From: Eledone cirrhosa
Lineage: Eukaryota
Length of the DNA: 64,000 nucleotides
Assembly (NCBI GenBank): GCA_964016885.1
Contig: OZ024740.1
Location: forward strand, 339,760,001-339,824,000
Direction of reading: 5' to 3'
The notes beneath the pieces were generated by a model. That model was given only the letters and a program-made list of their open reading frames with translations, was not told the origin of the DNA and did no database searches. Shown here in pieces: positions 28,771 through 42,497 of the stretch. Made by a program: the position numbers and the translations under genes. Positions within the stretch are counted from its first letter, which is position 1. Every line of letters starts with the position of its first letter.

Positions 28771-29864
28771 CAGTTCCTTTTTCACTTATGTAATCTTTCT
28801 TTGATTTTACATCCAGACAATCTTGTTGTTAGTTGAACCCTACTTAGTGTCAAACGTTTTACAATAATAATTATACCTTTCGTTTTCGTCATGTTTTTTT
28901 CTCACAGCTGACATATGTCTAGCTGCCATTTTGGAGAAATTATCTAAGTGTCTTTTATTCTCTACGACATTGTTTCCTCTCTTCCTTGAAGTTTTACTTC
29001 TATTTCAGTTCATACCACTTCAATAAATTCTATTAATAACTCATATTATTATTTACTCTTTTGTTTAATCAAAGGACTAGGGGCAGATTTCATGACATAT
29101 CATGCTGATGGGATCGATACAGATAATGGCCAGGGCTATTGCAGGAAACAAAAATATGTATATGTAGAAGCTGGTAGGCAGTAAACAGAAAGGAATTGGT
29201 CAACAGATCGAACTAAAGAAACTATGTTTCTATTGGTCTTTTAATTGCTGATACATACTATCAGTCAGTCACAAACGCTTGCAAAAATGTCAATGCTTTT
29301 TTAATGAAAGGGGGCAGGATTTGAACCCAGAATGTACAGATCCAAAATGGACACTGCAAAGTATCTCATCTGAATCTTTAACAATTCAGTCAATTCACCT
29401 CTAGTTGACTTGTACCCTGTTTCTTGAACTTCAAAAGGATGAAAGGTAAAGTTGACCACAACATGATTTGAACTCTAAGTGCAGTGAGTTGGAACAAATA
29501 CCAAGATATTTAATACAACGTTCTAACAACTCTACTAATTCACAATAAAATATGAGCATTATGAGTGATATAGCTGCATAGGTGCACTTCACAACCACAT
29601 GATTATGGCTTTGGTCACAATGTATAACTCTTTCAGTGCCTTGTCAATGAATTTGATAGATGTATGTGTGTGGTTATGTATATCTTGGCATCTACACCAT
29701 TTAAGCAAGCAGTAGCATATATTGTACTTAAAAACATGAGTTGGTGCCAGGAAGGGTATCCAGTCACTGAATGTTACCACAGAAAAGTGGATACCAGTAA
29801 TATATTAGATATATTCTTGTCTCGGGTCAATAAATAATACTGCACTACCTTGTTTTCACAAATA

Positions 29865-30160
29865 CAGGGTATCCCCAAAAATGTTCTCATATTTAACCAT
29901 TAGTGTTGTTTCTAAATCAATAAACAATGCATTTATTGTCATTTAATCCTAGAATTCTCTCACCTCTTTCTGTTCAAACTGGCTGCTCATACTGATGTTA
30001 AGGTATTGTTCTAAAAATATATAATATCAAAATCTCATAGATTCTATGGTATGTGAGATAATTCTGTAAGATAAAGCCATTACTGTGAAAATATGATAGT
30101 AAATATAGAGTAATGTAAATACTAAAGGGTTAAAGAGTATATATTTTTGGGGAGATACTC
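29865..30160. mobile_element. Tc1-type MITE with nested piggyBac-type MITE (29893-30133)
   Basis: Outer arms resemble 8730-8830. The inner element is bounded by TTAA and is homologous to 3549-3759 and 18011-18236. Confidence 0.65.
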
Positions 30161-30819
30161 AGATACAAAATATTGTATGTGAAATAAAATCAATATTTCA
30201 GAATATTTTACACATCTATTATGTTGGCAAGTGCTCCATCTATGGACAGCCAACCCTAAAACTACCTCTAATTCTACTACATATTATATGACAGATTTAC
30301 AATAAATATTAGCTCAATGGATGGGAAGAATTGTAATCTTTTCATTCTGTTTTAATAACTGCAAAATACACACACATGTGCATTTTCACATGCATTGACA
30401 ATTATACAGACATGATGAGTCTGTGTGTGTGTATGTGTAGGTATCTGCTTGGTATGCATATATATATATCTATGCATGCATACATAAATATAAGTATATA
30501 TCTATGAGTGTGTGTGTGTGTATATATATATACACGCACATGCACATGCATGCATATATGTACATAAACAGCCATGACAAAAGTTCTAGGGCAACGGTAC
30601 CCTATTATAACTGCCATTAACATTTTAGTTCTGATTTGAAATCAAAGTTCATTAGAATGTCCAAATTTAATGCCTTAACCTTTTATCTTTGAAGCCATGT
30701 TTTCAGTCTATTTCACTTTTAACATTTCTGACCCATGTTCCATCAAAGATTCTTTAACACCACTTTCCACCCCTCTCACTACATTACACATTCTTCACCA
30801 TCTCTCTATTTCTTCTCTT

Positions 30820-30908
30820 ACTCTTTATCTTTTCCTCTTTCTTGCTCCCTCCTCTTTATCCTTTCCTCTTTCTTGCTCCCTCCTCTTTATCCTTTCCTCT
30901 TTCTTGCT
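30820..30908. repeat. ~31-bp pyrimidine-rich tandem repeat (3 units)
   Basis: CTCTTTATCCTTTCCTCTTTCTTGCTCCCTC repeated. Confidence 0.8.
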
Positions 30909-31177
30909 CGCTCTCTCAAAGACATTGTTCCTATCTATCTCTCCCCATTGATCAGATCATTTTCACCTATGAATTTGATATTTTCAGAGTCTATCCACTT
31001 ATCTTACTGTAAGTTCCATTAAATTTGACCTCCAGAACTCAGTAACCCATTAGTCCTGACTTTTGGCACTGTTTACTGCTGCCATCTGACTGTTTAACCC
31101 TTTTCGGTTTCTTTGGTTTCTTATTTCTTCAGTCATATCTCAATTCTAATGTACAAAATTACTTTCTCTACTTGCAG

Positions 31178-31349
31178 ATGTTGAAGAATGCAATGGCCTG
31201 GCTGTCAACTGGGTTACCAACCATCTCTACTGGACTGATGCTAAAACCAGTCGAATTGAGATGTCAAATTATGATGGAAAGGGCCGTCGGATATTATTCG
31301 GATCCGAAATGGACCAACCAAGAGGAATCATTGTGGATCCAATGTCTGG
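31178..31349 (+). CDS. Internal coding exon of an LDL-receptor-related (LRP/LDLR family) gene, YWTD beta-propeller repeat
   Basis: Acceptor actttctctacttgcAG ends at 31177 and donor GTGAGT starts at 31350. Phase 1 to phase 2 translation is (x)VEECNGLAVNWVTNHLYWTDAKTSRIEMSNYDGKGRRILFGSEMDQPRGIIVDPMSG, matching LDLR class B repeats (GLAVDW..LYWTD..IE..G..R..L..PRGI.VDP..G). The paralogue cannot be identified from one exon. Confidence 0.93.
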
Positions 31350-31529
31350 GTGAGTCAATCTAACTTCTTGCTTTAATCAAGGTATATCTTGTCCCAAACA
31401 TAGAATAACCAATATTTTACAATTTAAATCTAACCAATATCTTTGCTCCTGAAGACCTTGGAGTGACAAATCCAATTTAAACAGGGAAGACATAAACTTG
31501 AAAACGTTAGAATCTTTAAATATCTAAAA

Positions 31530-31993
31530 CAGAGTTTTCTAAACTGCATCATGACACATTAGAATGTCACTTATAATCTCTAGACGTGTTGTGAAATGAA
31601 GAAAAATTTTATTCATTTTTCATATATTTGGCTGTGAATTATAATTAATATCTGACAAAACTACATAACATGATATTATATTTAATTGTTTATTTATTGA
31701 TTTTGTTAATGTCATGTTACTGACAGCACTTAACTCTTAACATCCTGTAATGATTCAGTAGAAAATATCTGAAAATAGGTTTGTTAATTCAAATGATTGT
31801 AGTGTCTTTATTGGTGGACAGATCATTGTGAAAATGTGTAGTAACCTAAAGACTGTAATATTTAATGTAATGCAGTTATAGTGCTGTTTTGTATTTTTCC
31901 AGAGCATTTTTGTGAATGTGAATTGATGTGGGGCATGAAAATAATTTAGTTTTAGAAAGTGCATCACCACTATGAAAAGTTTTGAAAGCTCTG
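31530..31993. mobile_element. hAT (Charlie-like) MITE
   Basis: 16-bp imperfect TIRs CAGAG(T/C)TTTC(T/A)AAACT and 8-bp flanks ATCTAAAA / ATCTAGAT. Confidence 0.6.
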
Positions 31994-33179
31994 ATCTAGA
32001 TATACCTCAATCTAATTCAAAGCCATGATATACACTGTAATTTATTGTTTGTATGTACTGTAGATATGTTGTTTTGATGGAAGTGTAAAAGCCAAGGTAT
32101 ATTGCATTCAGCTTGCTAACCAGCCTGTATATTCTTTTCTTTTGTTACTGACCATTATAATGTAAGATGCAGTTTAAAAATAATCTTCTGCTATTTTCTC
32201 TCACACTAATATTCTCATTCTTCCATCACAACCTGGTTAAGAAGAAATGTTTCAGTTGTAATTTTCTGTATTGTTACTAGTTTAATTGTTCCTCATTTTG
32301 GATTATATTGCTTGCTATTGTCAGTTTGACTGTTTAAACAGACCATTGTGAACTTGTAATGCTCACAGAAACATAATTTTCTATCTTATTTAACCATAAA
32401 TATAATATCACTTAGGCAACAAAGTAATGATATCAAATTGCCATCTGTGTGTTCCAGTTGAGTAGTTTCTGTTAGAGAAGCTACTGGACATTGAAGATAA
32501 CAAAAGCAGAAAAACAACTCTTTCATCTCTGTATTGGTAAATTCTTTGTTCTGTTATCAATGTTTTTCCTAGAAATCTTTCAAAAGTCTGAGAATAGCTC
32601 TCATTGGATCCAACAGAGTACTTTTCATTCTAGTTTAAGCCTGCAGCAGTTAAAACGTTTTGTGTGAATATTTACATTAGTTTTAGTGTTAATAATATGA
32701 AGAATTTTATTGGTAAATTTTAACTTCACAGATTTCCAGCCTCTATATTTTGATTTAAGTGGATATTTTAGATATGTTCAACTGCATTTCGACACAACCA
32801 GTTATCAGACTATATCCTGGTCGCATTTATAATATTTAGCTCACATCTCCCCCATCCTATTAAGATCATTACTGTTTTTGTTTTTTTTTGTTTTTTAATT
32901 TATTGTATTTTTGGTCATCATCCTATGGTTGTGTGGTTTAAGAGATTTTCTTCACTACCACATTCTTTTGGGTCCTATCCCATTGCACAACACCCTTTGG
33001 CAAACGATTTATACTGAATAGTCTCATAGTTGACTAATGCTTTTTGAGTGAAATTGGTAAACAAAAACTGTAGTAAAGCATGTTGGTGAAAGACGAATCC
33101 TCATCAATATCTCTCACTATTGCATTCTTTTTCTATGTCCATATCTGCATTGTCTTGGCCTTATTACACATATTCTAAC

Positions 33180-33222
<43 letters not shown>

Positions 33223-33223
33223 T

Positions 33224-34911
33224 ATCATCATCATCATTATCATCATCGTTTAACGTCCATCTTCCACGCTTGCATGGGTTTGGACGGGAGTTTTCCCACT
33301 TGTGGCAAGATTGGTTGTCTTGCTCGTATAGGACTGTCTGGTGGGTTTTCTACGGCTGGATGCCCTTCCTAACACCAACCACGTTTACAGTGTGGACTGG
33401 GAGGTTTTTACCGTGTTACCTACATGGCCACATTACAGCGTGGACTGTGTGTTTTTTTTTTCGTGACACCTACACGACCTCATTTATTTCGGACTGGATG
33501 TTGTGGTACCAACATAACTTTACATCGAAAGGGGTGGTGTGGATGGGGTGGGGGTGGTGGGGCGGGGGTGTATTTTTGTTAGAGGTGCCTACTGACTGCA
33601 GGTTTCGCTTTGTACTTAGGCAAGGCGGGTCTTCTGTATTACTGTGTATCACCAAAGATCTCGGTCCAGTGACATTGTCTTGGAGAGGTGTAAGTGTGTG
33701 AGGTCGGAATTTATCAAGTCATCCCAGGTTTTTCTGGGTCTGCCTACTCCGTGGCTACCGTCTATTTGTATTGCCCTGCACTTTTTTATACAGCTATCGT
33801 CTTTCATGCGCATCACGTGACCATACCAACATAGTCTTCCCTCAAGTAAACAACATCTGATTTCTCTTATTCCTAATTTCTCCCTTAATTCATTTATGCT
33901 CTGCCGTTCACGTATATTAGTATTACACATCCAGCGGAGCATGCAAGCTTCGTTCCTCTCCAGTCTGCATATATCCTCTGCACACAATGCCCAAGTCTCA
34001 CTGCCATGTAACATTGCTGTTCGTATGCAGGCATCATACAGCCTGCCTTTCATTTTTAGAGAGAACCCTTTAGTGGCCAATAGTGATATAAGCTCTCTGA
34101 ACTTCTTCCATCCCGTTCTGATTCTAGCTACTGTACTTTCAGAGCACCCTCCACCACTGCTGATTTTATCACCCAGGTAACGGAAGCTGTCCACTATTTC
34201 TATAGAACCATCTGTGCAATGGAATGAGCTAGTATTCTGTGGGCACTTGCTGCTACTTATTGCACCTGATCACCGGCCACATATAAAATCTATATTCTTA
34301 GTTAGCTTACCTGTGATCCCACTACATCTTTTATGCACCCATACTTTGCATTTGGGACATAAAATGGAGTTTCTGCCTACTCCTTTCCTACACACTGAGC
34401 ATGGCCATTTCCCAGATGGGACCAGTGCCCTATTTTCCTTCCTACAAACTAGAACTTTAGTCTTAGACAGGTTAAGTTTAAGGCCTTTTGATTCTAGGCC
34501 ATGCTTCCATGTTTGAAATTTATTCTCTAGTTCAGCCATTGATTCAGCTATGAGCGTTAGATCATCTGCGTATAGAAGTTCCCATGGGCAGCTGGTCTTG
34601 AACTCCTCTGTTATAGCCTGAAGGGCAATAATAAATAGTAGGGGGCTAAGGACGGAGCCCTGATGAACACCATCTTTTACGCTAAACTCTTCACTATATT
34701 CGTTGTTAATTCTAACCTTGCTGACTGTCTCTTTATACATGGCTTGTATCGCTCTCACAAGCCATTCATCAACACCTAGTTTTCTAAGGGCCCACCAAAT
34801 AATCGAGCGGGGTACTCTGTCAAAGGCTTTCTCCAAGTCAACAAAAGCTAAGTATAGGGGTTTACTTTTAGCTAGGTACTTCTCCTGTAGTTGTTGTACA
34901 ATGAAAAGAGC

Positions 34912-34912
<1 letters not shown>
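33224..34912 (-). mobile_element. 5'-truncated RTE-clade LINE (RT with PHD-like finger, C-terminus, 3'UTR, (GAT)n tail)
   Basis: FVDLEKAFDRV, GVHQGSVLSPLLF, LLYADD, GLKLNLSKTK, FRYLG, MLHGSETW and GRPRKTW lie in one frame, with stops at 34270-34272 and 33649-33651 and the natural TAA at 33616-33618. The 3'UTR ends GGACGTTAAAC(GAT)n. (TA)n flanks both sides. Confidence 0.93.
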
Positions 34913-34948
<36 letters not shown>

Positions 34949-37774
34949 AAGATCCATACCTTACTTAAAAAAACAAGTGTTGGTTGACATCAGGAAGGAC
35001 ATTTAGCAGTGAAATACTGCCTCAAAAAAATCTCATCTAGCCCATACTAGTATGGAAAATGGGTGTAAAAATAATGAGGTGACAATGCTGATGATGATGA
35101 AATATTAGAGCAAAGGTTAACAGTCAAAGCTGTTTCCTCTTCTTTAGAACTATTATATCATTATTTTCAGTTCATCTTTCATAATAATTTGCCCCCAAAG
35201 ACTTATATCTATTCAATTGCTCTTACATTATTCATGCCATTATTATATTCAATCTTCTGATAAAAGTATTTCTCAGCCAGTCTGAGTACGGTTAGACAAA
35301 GCTGATAGTGGCTTAAATTACTTTGATATTTTGTGATATGTCTGACTTGGAAAGGTTTGTTGACTACTAATTAATTATCTTCCATAATTATCTTCTAGTT
35401 ATAATTGAAAAACTAAATTGGATTTTCTATCAAACAAGTAAAATTTCTTCCTATCAGCCAGACATCAATGCTGAATGAGGAGAAAATTGCCTGCAATATC
35501 TCATGTTCTATTGCTTTTTAAATATCATTTCACTATTGTTTTTATTGTCACTCCTTCTCCAGCTCATTATCATTTGTTCATATATATATATCAAAGAGAA
35601 GCAACTCTGTTATCAAATTATAATTGTTCAGTTATGTCTTTCATAGTCTTCTTTCTGTACATACATTAACAGCCTAATTGCTGTTACTTCTAACAACAAA
35701 AACTCCAATGCAGATGATACCACCTTCCAGTCTACTTTAACCTTTCACATTAATCAGGAGCAGGGGCAGTGTAAATGACCCTTTTCAGTGCCTCAGAGAT
35801 TGGTAGGTGGGAAGGATGGAAATATCCTCAAACTAAAGACCTGGTTTACATGCTCCCAACTAAGTGAGCTCTGCTAAAGGTAAAGGATTAAGTCAACAAC
35901 AACAGTATTGGAACTCACTTATCAAAGAGCCAGAACAAATGACACAAGACATCTCATCTCATGATCTATTGATTCTGTCAATACACAACCTTGGGCTCAT
36001 ACTTTATTTTATCAACCCTGAAAGGATATGCTGGATTCAGGAGGATTTGTACTCAGACTACAGAGAGTTGGAACAAATACCTAAAGGTATTTTGTCCTAG
36101 GCTCTAGTAAATCTACCAATTCACCACCAATACAGCATAAACATCTCGCAGCAGACATGTACTGTCATAGGGGCGCCGTATTGACATATACAGCATTGTG
36201 GGGGCATTTTAAGCCTGGCAGAGCCTATCACTTTCCAAGCCTGAGTACAGCAGATTTCTTCCAGAGAGAGGAAGGGATCGAACACAGTACTAGACTGGTA
36301 CTTTTTTGATCGACCTCAAAAGGATGAAAGGCAAGGTTGACCTCAGCGGGATTTGAACTCAAAGAGCAGAGAGCCGGAACAAATACCATAAAGTATTTTA
36401 TCCGACATTCTAATGACTCTGCCAATTTGCCACCCTCCACACTAGAGAGAAAGCTAAAAAATATTGTCTGCTAAAAATTTCACAACTTAGTGCCTGTCTT
36501 TCAACAGCACAAAAATACAATCATTACACATACAAAAAAAATCAGAAGTAATACTATGTGATCATTCACGATGCCTAGCTGATAGGTCTGCTAGATCAGG
36601 GCTGACCTCGGGCTAAACAACAATAGCTGCAGCATATACAGAAAACCAGCAGTACACAAACTAGCTCGTAAATATCAATTCACAAGCTTATACTGTAAAT
36701 ATCAAGTATGTGTGTATGTCAGCTTGTGTGTAGATGTTTGTTAATACATCTATAAATTCAACAACCTGAGATTGTGAGTGTGTATGTATGTGTGTGTGTA
36801 TGTGGAAGTTCAACCTTCAAGTATGCCTATACCTCCAACTACCTGTGTGTGTGGGGGCATGGACCTATATATGCATGTAAAAACAGGTAAAAATAGATTA
36901 TGATGATGATAACTTCAAGTACATCCAACTATACGAGAGTGTGTGGGGGTGGCATGTGTGGGTGTGGACGTGTGTATGTGTAGGCATGTGTGTATGGACA
37001 TGTATAGGTGAGAGCATTTGTGTGAGGACGTGTGCGTGTGTGGGCGAGTGTATGTGAGAGCATGTATGTTGGGAGGCATATATTAATACTACAAATATAG
37101 TTATATATCCAACTACTTGAGTTTATATGTGTGTGATTGTGTATTTATGTTAATTTGATAGCTAAGTTTTCTATATTAAAAATCCCCATCATCACCATCA
37201 TCATTAATAGAGAAACACTACTAGATGTTCCTACATACTAACTGGTATACAACAACATATAACAATGATAACTTCTGTATATCATTGAGGTAGACATATA
37301 CAACAAATTGACAAAGATATTAGAACATAAAACAAAAATCCTTACAGGATTTGTTCCAACTCCCTGTGCTGAGTTCAAATCCCACTCAGGTTAACTTTGT
37401 CTTTCATTCTTTCAAGATCAATAAAATAAAGTACCAGTCCAGGGCAGTGGAATTGGCAAAATAGTTTAAGCATTGAATGAAATTCCTTGCAGTATGTGTT
37501 CCTGCCCTTTACATTTTGAATTCAAATCCTATAGTGTCCTACTTTTGAAAGGGACTTAATATATTGCCTAGTTTAACAACACCACCTGGCCCTTAAATGC
37601 CTTTACAAGAGTTCATCCTATTGCAAACATTCAGGCCAGGTCTCTGGTTTGAGGATATCTTCTCCCTTCCACCTTGTCTTCTTCCAGTCATAGAAGCCCT
37701 GAAAAGGCTCATGATGCACAGTAAAAAAACAATTGTGAGACCATGAATCTATTCCTGGAAAATCTTGCATTAGT

Positions 37775-37870
37775 CTGTTAGTAAAGTGGCATCTGTTGTG
37801 ACTGTAGAAGGCCACATGAAAATGGAATTCCCAGCAGCAGTGACCACATTTGAAGGTGTTGCCTGCCATT
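37775..37870 (-). mobile_element. Possible LINE C-terminal C2H2-finger remnant
   Basis: FKCGHCCWEFHFHVAFYSHNRC resembles the F.C..C.R.F.S..GL.SH.R.C end of some RTE ORFs. Confidence 0.35.
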
Positions 37871-38224
37871 GTTGTTTTGATTCTGATTTTTTTTTATTTA
37901 TTTTTTTATTGATGAGTGTATTTTTCATTAGCCGCAAGCCTCAACTTAATGAGAGCAATCGCTTTCAATTTCCTCCCACCTCTTGACGTCTTGTTCAGTG
38001 ACTTCATGTCTCTTTGCAATACTAATTTAATAAAATTTCATCAGATAATATTAATAAGATTATACATTTTCAAACTATTAATCTTATCTTTACAGATGAA
38101 AGGTTTTTACAATGTTTATATCTGTAGAATGTTTTGATCTGTTTCATCTTTTATTGTCATCAGGTATCTTATTTTTAGATGTGTATATAGTATCAGACTG
38201 AATTCAAACTAGGAATCTTTAATA

Positions 38225-38780
38225 TTAACCCTTTCATTACTCTGTTTCTAACAAAGTACACTGTATCTGAATTAATTAATGAAGAATTTGGAGGGACTTA
38301 TTAAATCATTAATTATTTTATTATTTAGATGGTATTTGTAACATAACTTAACAAATGGCTCTTATGTCAAATTATATTGAAAAGTTATAATTTAGAAAGG
38401 AACTTTTTAAAATTGAGTGTTTTATTTCATAGAATCAGAGGTGGTTTCATTGGCTTGGTGCAAAAAGGACTAACCTTTTTGTTATCATATTTGTAATGAA
38501 AATTTTGAAAATAATCAAAAATTTAGAAGGATTTCATAATATAAGTAACTTCTTCAGTGTTAACCTTTTCATGACCATATTTCTAATGAAATGCACTCTA
38601 TTTTAATTAATTCATGAAGAATTTTGAGAGATTTACTAACATTATCAATTATTTAATTGGTAAGATAGTGACTTAAAGTAGTGTTCTTATATAAAATTAT
38701 GTTGGAAGATTTTAATTTAAATTGGGTAATTTTGTTTCATAGAACCAGAGCCAGTTTTGACTGGGTTGGTAACTAAAGTT
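38225..38780. mobile_element. Two adjacent copies of a second TTAA-flanked MITE family
   Basis: TTAACCCTTT/TTAACCTTTT starts and shared ..TTTCATAGAA..AGAG..GGTTGG ends. Related copies at ~15835-16030, 48635-48866 and ~49122-49630. Confidence 0.6.
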
Positions 38781-38946
38781 TTGAGCTGGTAGTTAGAACA
38801 TAACAAAAGTTCTTAGATGATGGAAGGTTTTAAAGTAAATATATAAGCACTTTGAAACAAACAGCTTTGTATTGAAAAACTGCTGTAAAGGGGAATAGCA
38901 TAACCCACCTACCTCACAGACTGTCTCCCTGGTTGATCTTGTCCAG

Positions 38947-39167
38947 TATATCCATGAGTACCCTACTCACCAAACCTCTGGCCAGATGGGGGTATATCCA
39001 TGAGTACCCTACCCACCAAACCTCTGGCCAGATGGGGTATATCCATGAGTACCCTACCCACCAAACCTCTGGCCAGATGAGGTATATCTATGAGTGCCCT
39101 ACCCACCAAACTTCTGGCCAGATGGGATATATCCATGAGTGCCCTACCCACCAAAACCTCAGGCCAG
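38947..39167. repeat. 45-bp minisatellite (~5 units)
   Basis: ATATCCATGAGTACCCTACCCACCAAACCTCTGGCCAGATGGGGT repeated. Confidence 0.9.
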
Positions 39168-42100
39168 CACGTATAAACATATAACCCCAATGCACTCAGC
39201 AAGAACTCATCCTGTCTCCCCAACCGACTGAAAGTCATGAGGCACACCACATTGCATCTGCTTCCACTTACATGACATCACTTGCCCTTTTGCTTCCAGC
39301 AAGGATCTCCAGCCCCATGATGTTACTGATCCTTATACTTCTGACAAGGCCCCCATCCCCACAAAAAACAAATGTACTTTCAGCTGGTGTGATACAAATG
39401 GGTTAAACTAAGGATAATAATGTTCTTAACAGTGTGTATCTGGTTCAAATCCAGTCTGAGATTATTTACAGTCCTGGGAATATGACAACTGACAATAATC
39501 AGAAATCAAATCAACCAAAATGTAATGTAGATGTAAATATTGATTTGTCATTGGCACAAGGCCACAAATCTGGAGTAGGATGGAGGTGGAGGAATACAGT
39601 TGATTAAATTGACCCAACGCTTGACTACTATTGTTTTTCTTATTCCCAGAAGAAGGAAAGTGAAACTCATATATTGAAAATATGTATTCATTTCTAAAGA
39701 TGATGTTAAAAGTCTGAAGAATTCTAATTGTATTAACAATATATCATCCCAGACATATAGACATTTAATCAAATAATATTAGCTTGTTGCAAGATGAACA
39801 AACATATACTTGTAATTCTAACTGAACTGTTATTGAATTGTTAGCATAGACTTGTAAACAACTGTAGAAACTAGTTAAAATAACAATGAATTAGAATTAA
39901 ACAATGTGCCTTTCACATACCAGACAAATAGACCAACATTTATATCACATCTTCTTGTTAACCTGAAATCAACACTGATGAGCAAACCTATTAATCAAAG
40001 GAAGGGTATTCTGCCATAGGAGTCAGGTCAAAAATGAAATGTACGAGTAATACAAGGTTCTCTGACCCAACTTATATTAGACCATGACAACCTGCTAGAC
40101 TTAGAGTGATAGTAATGAAGATGAGAGTATAAGAAATGGGACAAATTTTATGTTAACATGCAAAATCATCAAGTATTTCATAAACATCTGTATCTTTTAA
40201 ATAATTTACAAACGTCAACATGAGACAGTGAGACAAGAATGACCCTTTGAATTACAAACACAGTCCATCTGTTGAGCTTCCAAACAGTTACTATCAACCT
40301 AATTTCATTCTCAAGGCTGGTAAAATGATACATATCCAAAATGCTACACTTCAGAATCAAACCAAAGGTGTCATGATTGCAGAGCAAGCTCCTTAACAAA
40401 TTCACCGTGGCTGCATTCCAAATCATATACTTACTATTATTTGACTCTCAAATAGTATTGAGTCCTTCATTCAGTGCAAACACAAAGTTACCCACATTCT
40501 GACACACACCTACTCTCACTAAAATACCAGGATATACCAGCATAGTAAAACTCACCAATAGACCAACATACCAATACACCACACACCAACACACATAAAT
40601 GCACACTAATATATAAATACACCAATATACATCAACACACACCAATACACATCAGCACACACAAACACACATTAACACACCAACACACACACACACACCA
40701 ACATACCAATACACCACACACCAACACATAAATGCACACCAATATACAAACATAGACAAACACACCAACACACATCAACATACCAACATATCAACATACA
40801 CATTCTCCGGTGTAACCAATTAAAAAGGGCGGACAGCATGCCTAATAATTTTGGATGCATTTCCAGGTCTGACAAATGGAAAAGGAAAAAAAATACCATG
40901 ATCAGATAATGCTTTTTTTCCCCCTTTCTTTTTTCTCTTTTTTTCTTTAATGGAGAGACTGTTAATGTTTAAAGGATGTATTTATGTACTCAGGTAGGGA
41001 CTGCATTAGTAAACGAAGGAGGTTATGTTTTTTTAAGGGACCAAAAGTCGTGATGTTTGCCAGATATTTTAATGCACAAGAGCGACTAGATGCTTGTCAT
41101 GTTTGTGAGATATGATGGAACATGACTGAAAGTTCATTAGTTCAGCAGAATATAATCTACGTTATTTGCTGATTAACTGCATCTCTGGCTTAAATGGTGT
41201 TGAGCTTTTAATTAGATTAACATGATGACATGGCTATAATTACTATAGGACATGGCATTCATTAGTATATCAATGAGATGCCTCCATGTTCGTTTGCTCT
41301 TTCTTTGACATGCAGCTATAATTTGTAGCTGCATCTTTGTATTAAAATTATTTGTTTTATTTTCTGGTTTGATTTTTCATCCTCCTTCTTCTTCTTTGTC
41401 TTTATATTATCATTATAAATGTTTACTGGAGAAGAATATTCTAATATTTTCTACATTATTTTCCATGGAAGAGGTCATGTTTAATGGCCGCTATACATCT
41501 CAGAAGATATTTATCACTTTGGAGATGACATCTAGCTAATGTGATATTTCGTTATCATGGGAGAATATTTATTTATTTGATGAATAAAGGACAAGAATAA
41601 TTAACATTTCTTATGAAAGTGAAGGGAACTAACTTAACTAAATAAAAATAGATATGAATGAAAGATGCAAGTTGATGGCCTATATATACAATGAATTGCA
41701 AAGAAATTTTCCATCTTTGTGAATTGAATTGTCTTTAATTCAGCACATTGAACATTAAAAATGAGTGCAATGACCAGACAACTTTTCTGACATCATTGAA
41801 ACCTTTTGTTTAGATTACATTACCATATATAAATATATATTTTTCCATACTTGCCCAGATTGTATGAAGCCCAGATCTTATCATGGTTTCATGGATGTCA
41901 AGCCTCAGGGAGTAAAAAGCACCATCCCTTCCTGAATGGGACACTAATATATCACTGAACTAACCTCTAGCTTCTACTGGTATATATTTTCAGCTGAGTG
42001 AGCTAGTGGTACATGTAAAACACCTTGCTTGAGGACACAATACCTTAGTCAGTCTAAGAATTGATCACATTACCTTATAAATGTGAGCCCAGCACTCTAC

Positions 42101-42497
42101 ACTTTAACCTGCAGACCACTAGTGGTCTGAAAGAAAATTTTGTTGGTCCGCAGAAAAATGTCAATGTATTTATCTTTTTAAAAAATTCATATTAGTAGTC
42201 CGCGGGATTTAAAATTATGAATTTAGTTGTCCATGAGGCACGAAAGGTTGGTGACCACTGCTTTAGGCCATGTGCCTTATGCTATATATATCATAATCAT
42301 CATCATTTTATATCCATTGTTCTTTTCATGTTGAATGGATTGTTACATACAAAGTTAGTCATAATCAAAGTTACTAGGTGGGGCACGAAAACACATCTTA
42401 CTCAATAGATTCTATTTTTAGCATAGTTTCTATGGCTGGATACCCTTCTTTATATATATGTGTATATATTGCATGTATGCATATATATATATAATGT

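Noticed and set aside
31172-31363. ORF-track peptide MQMLKNAMAW...
   Set aside because: Wrong frame. The YWTD reading frame bounded by splice sites is the real one.
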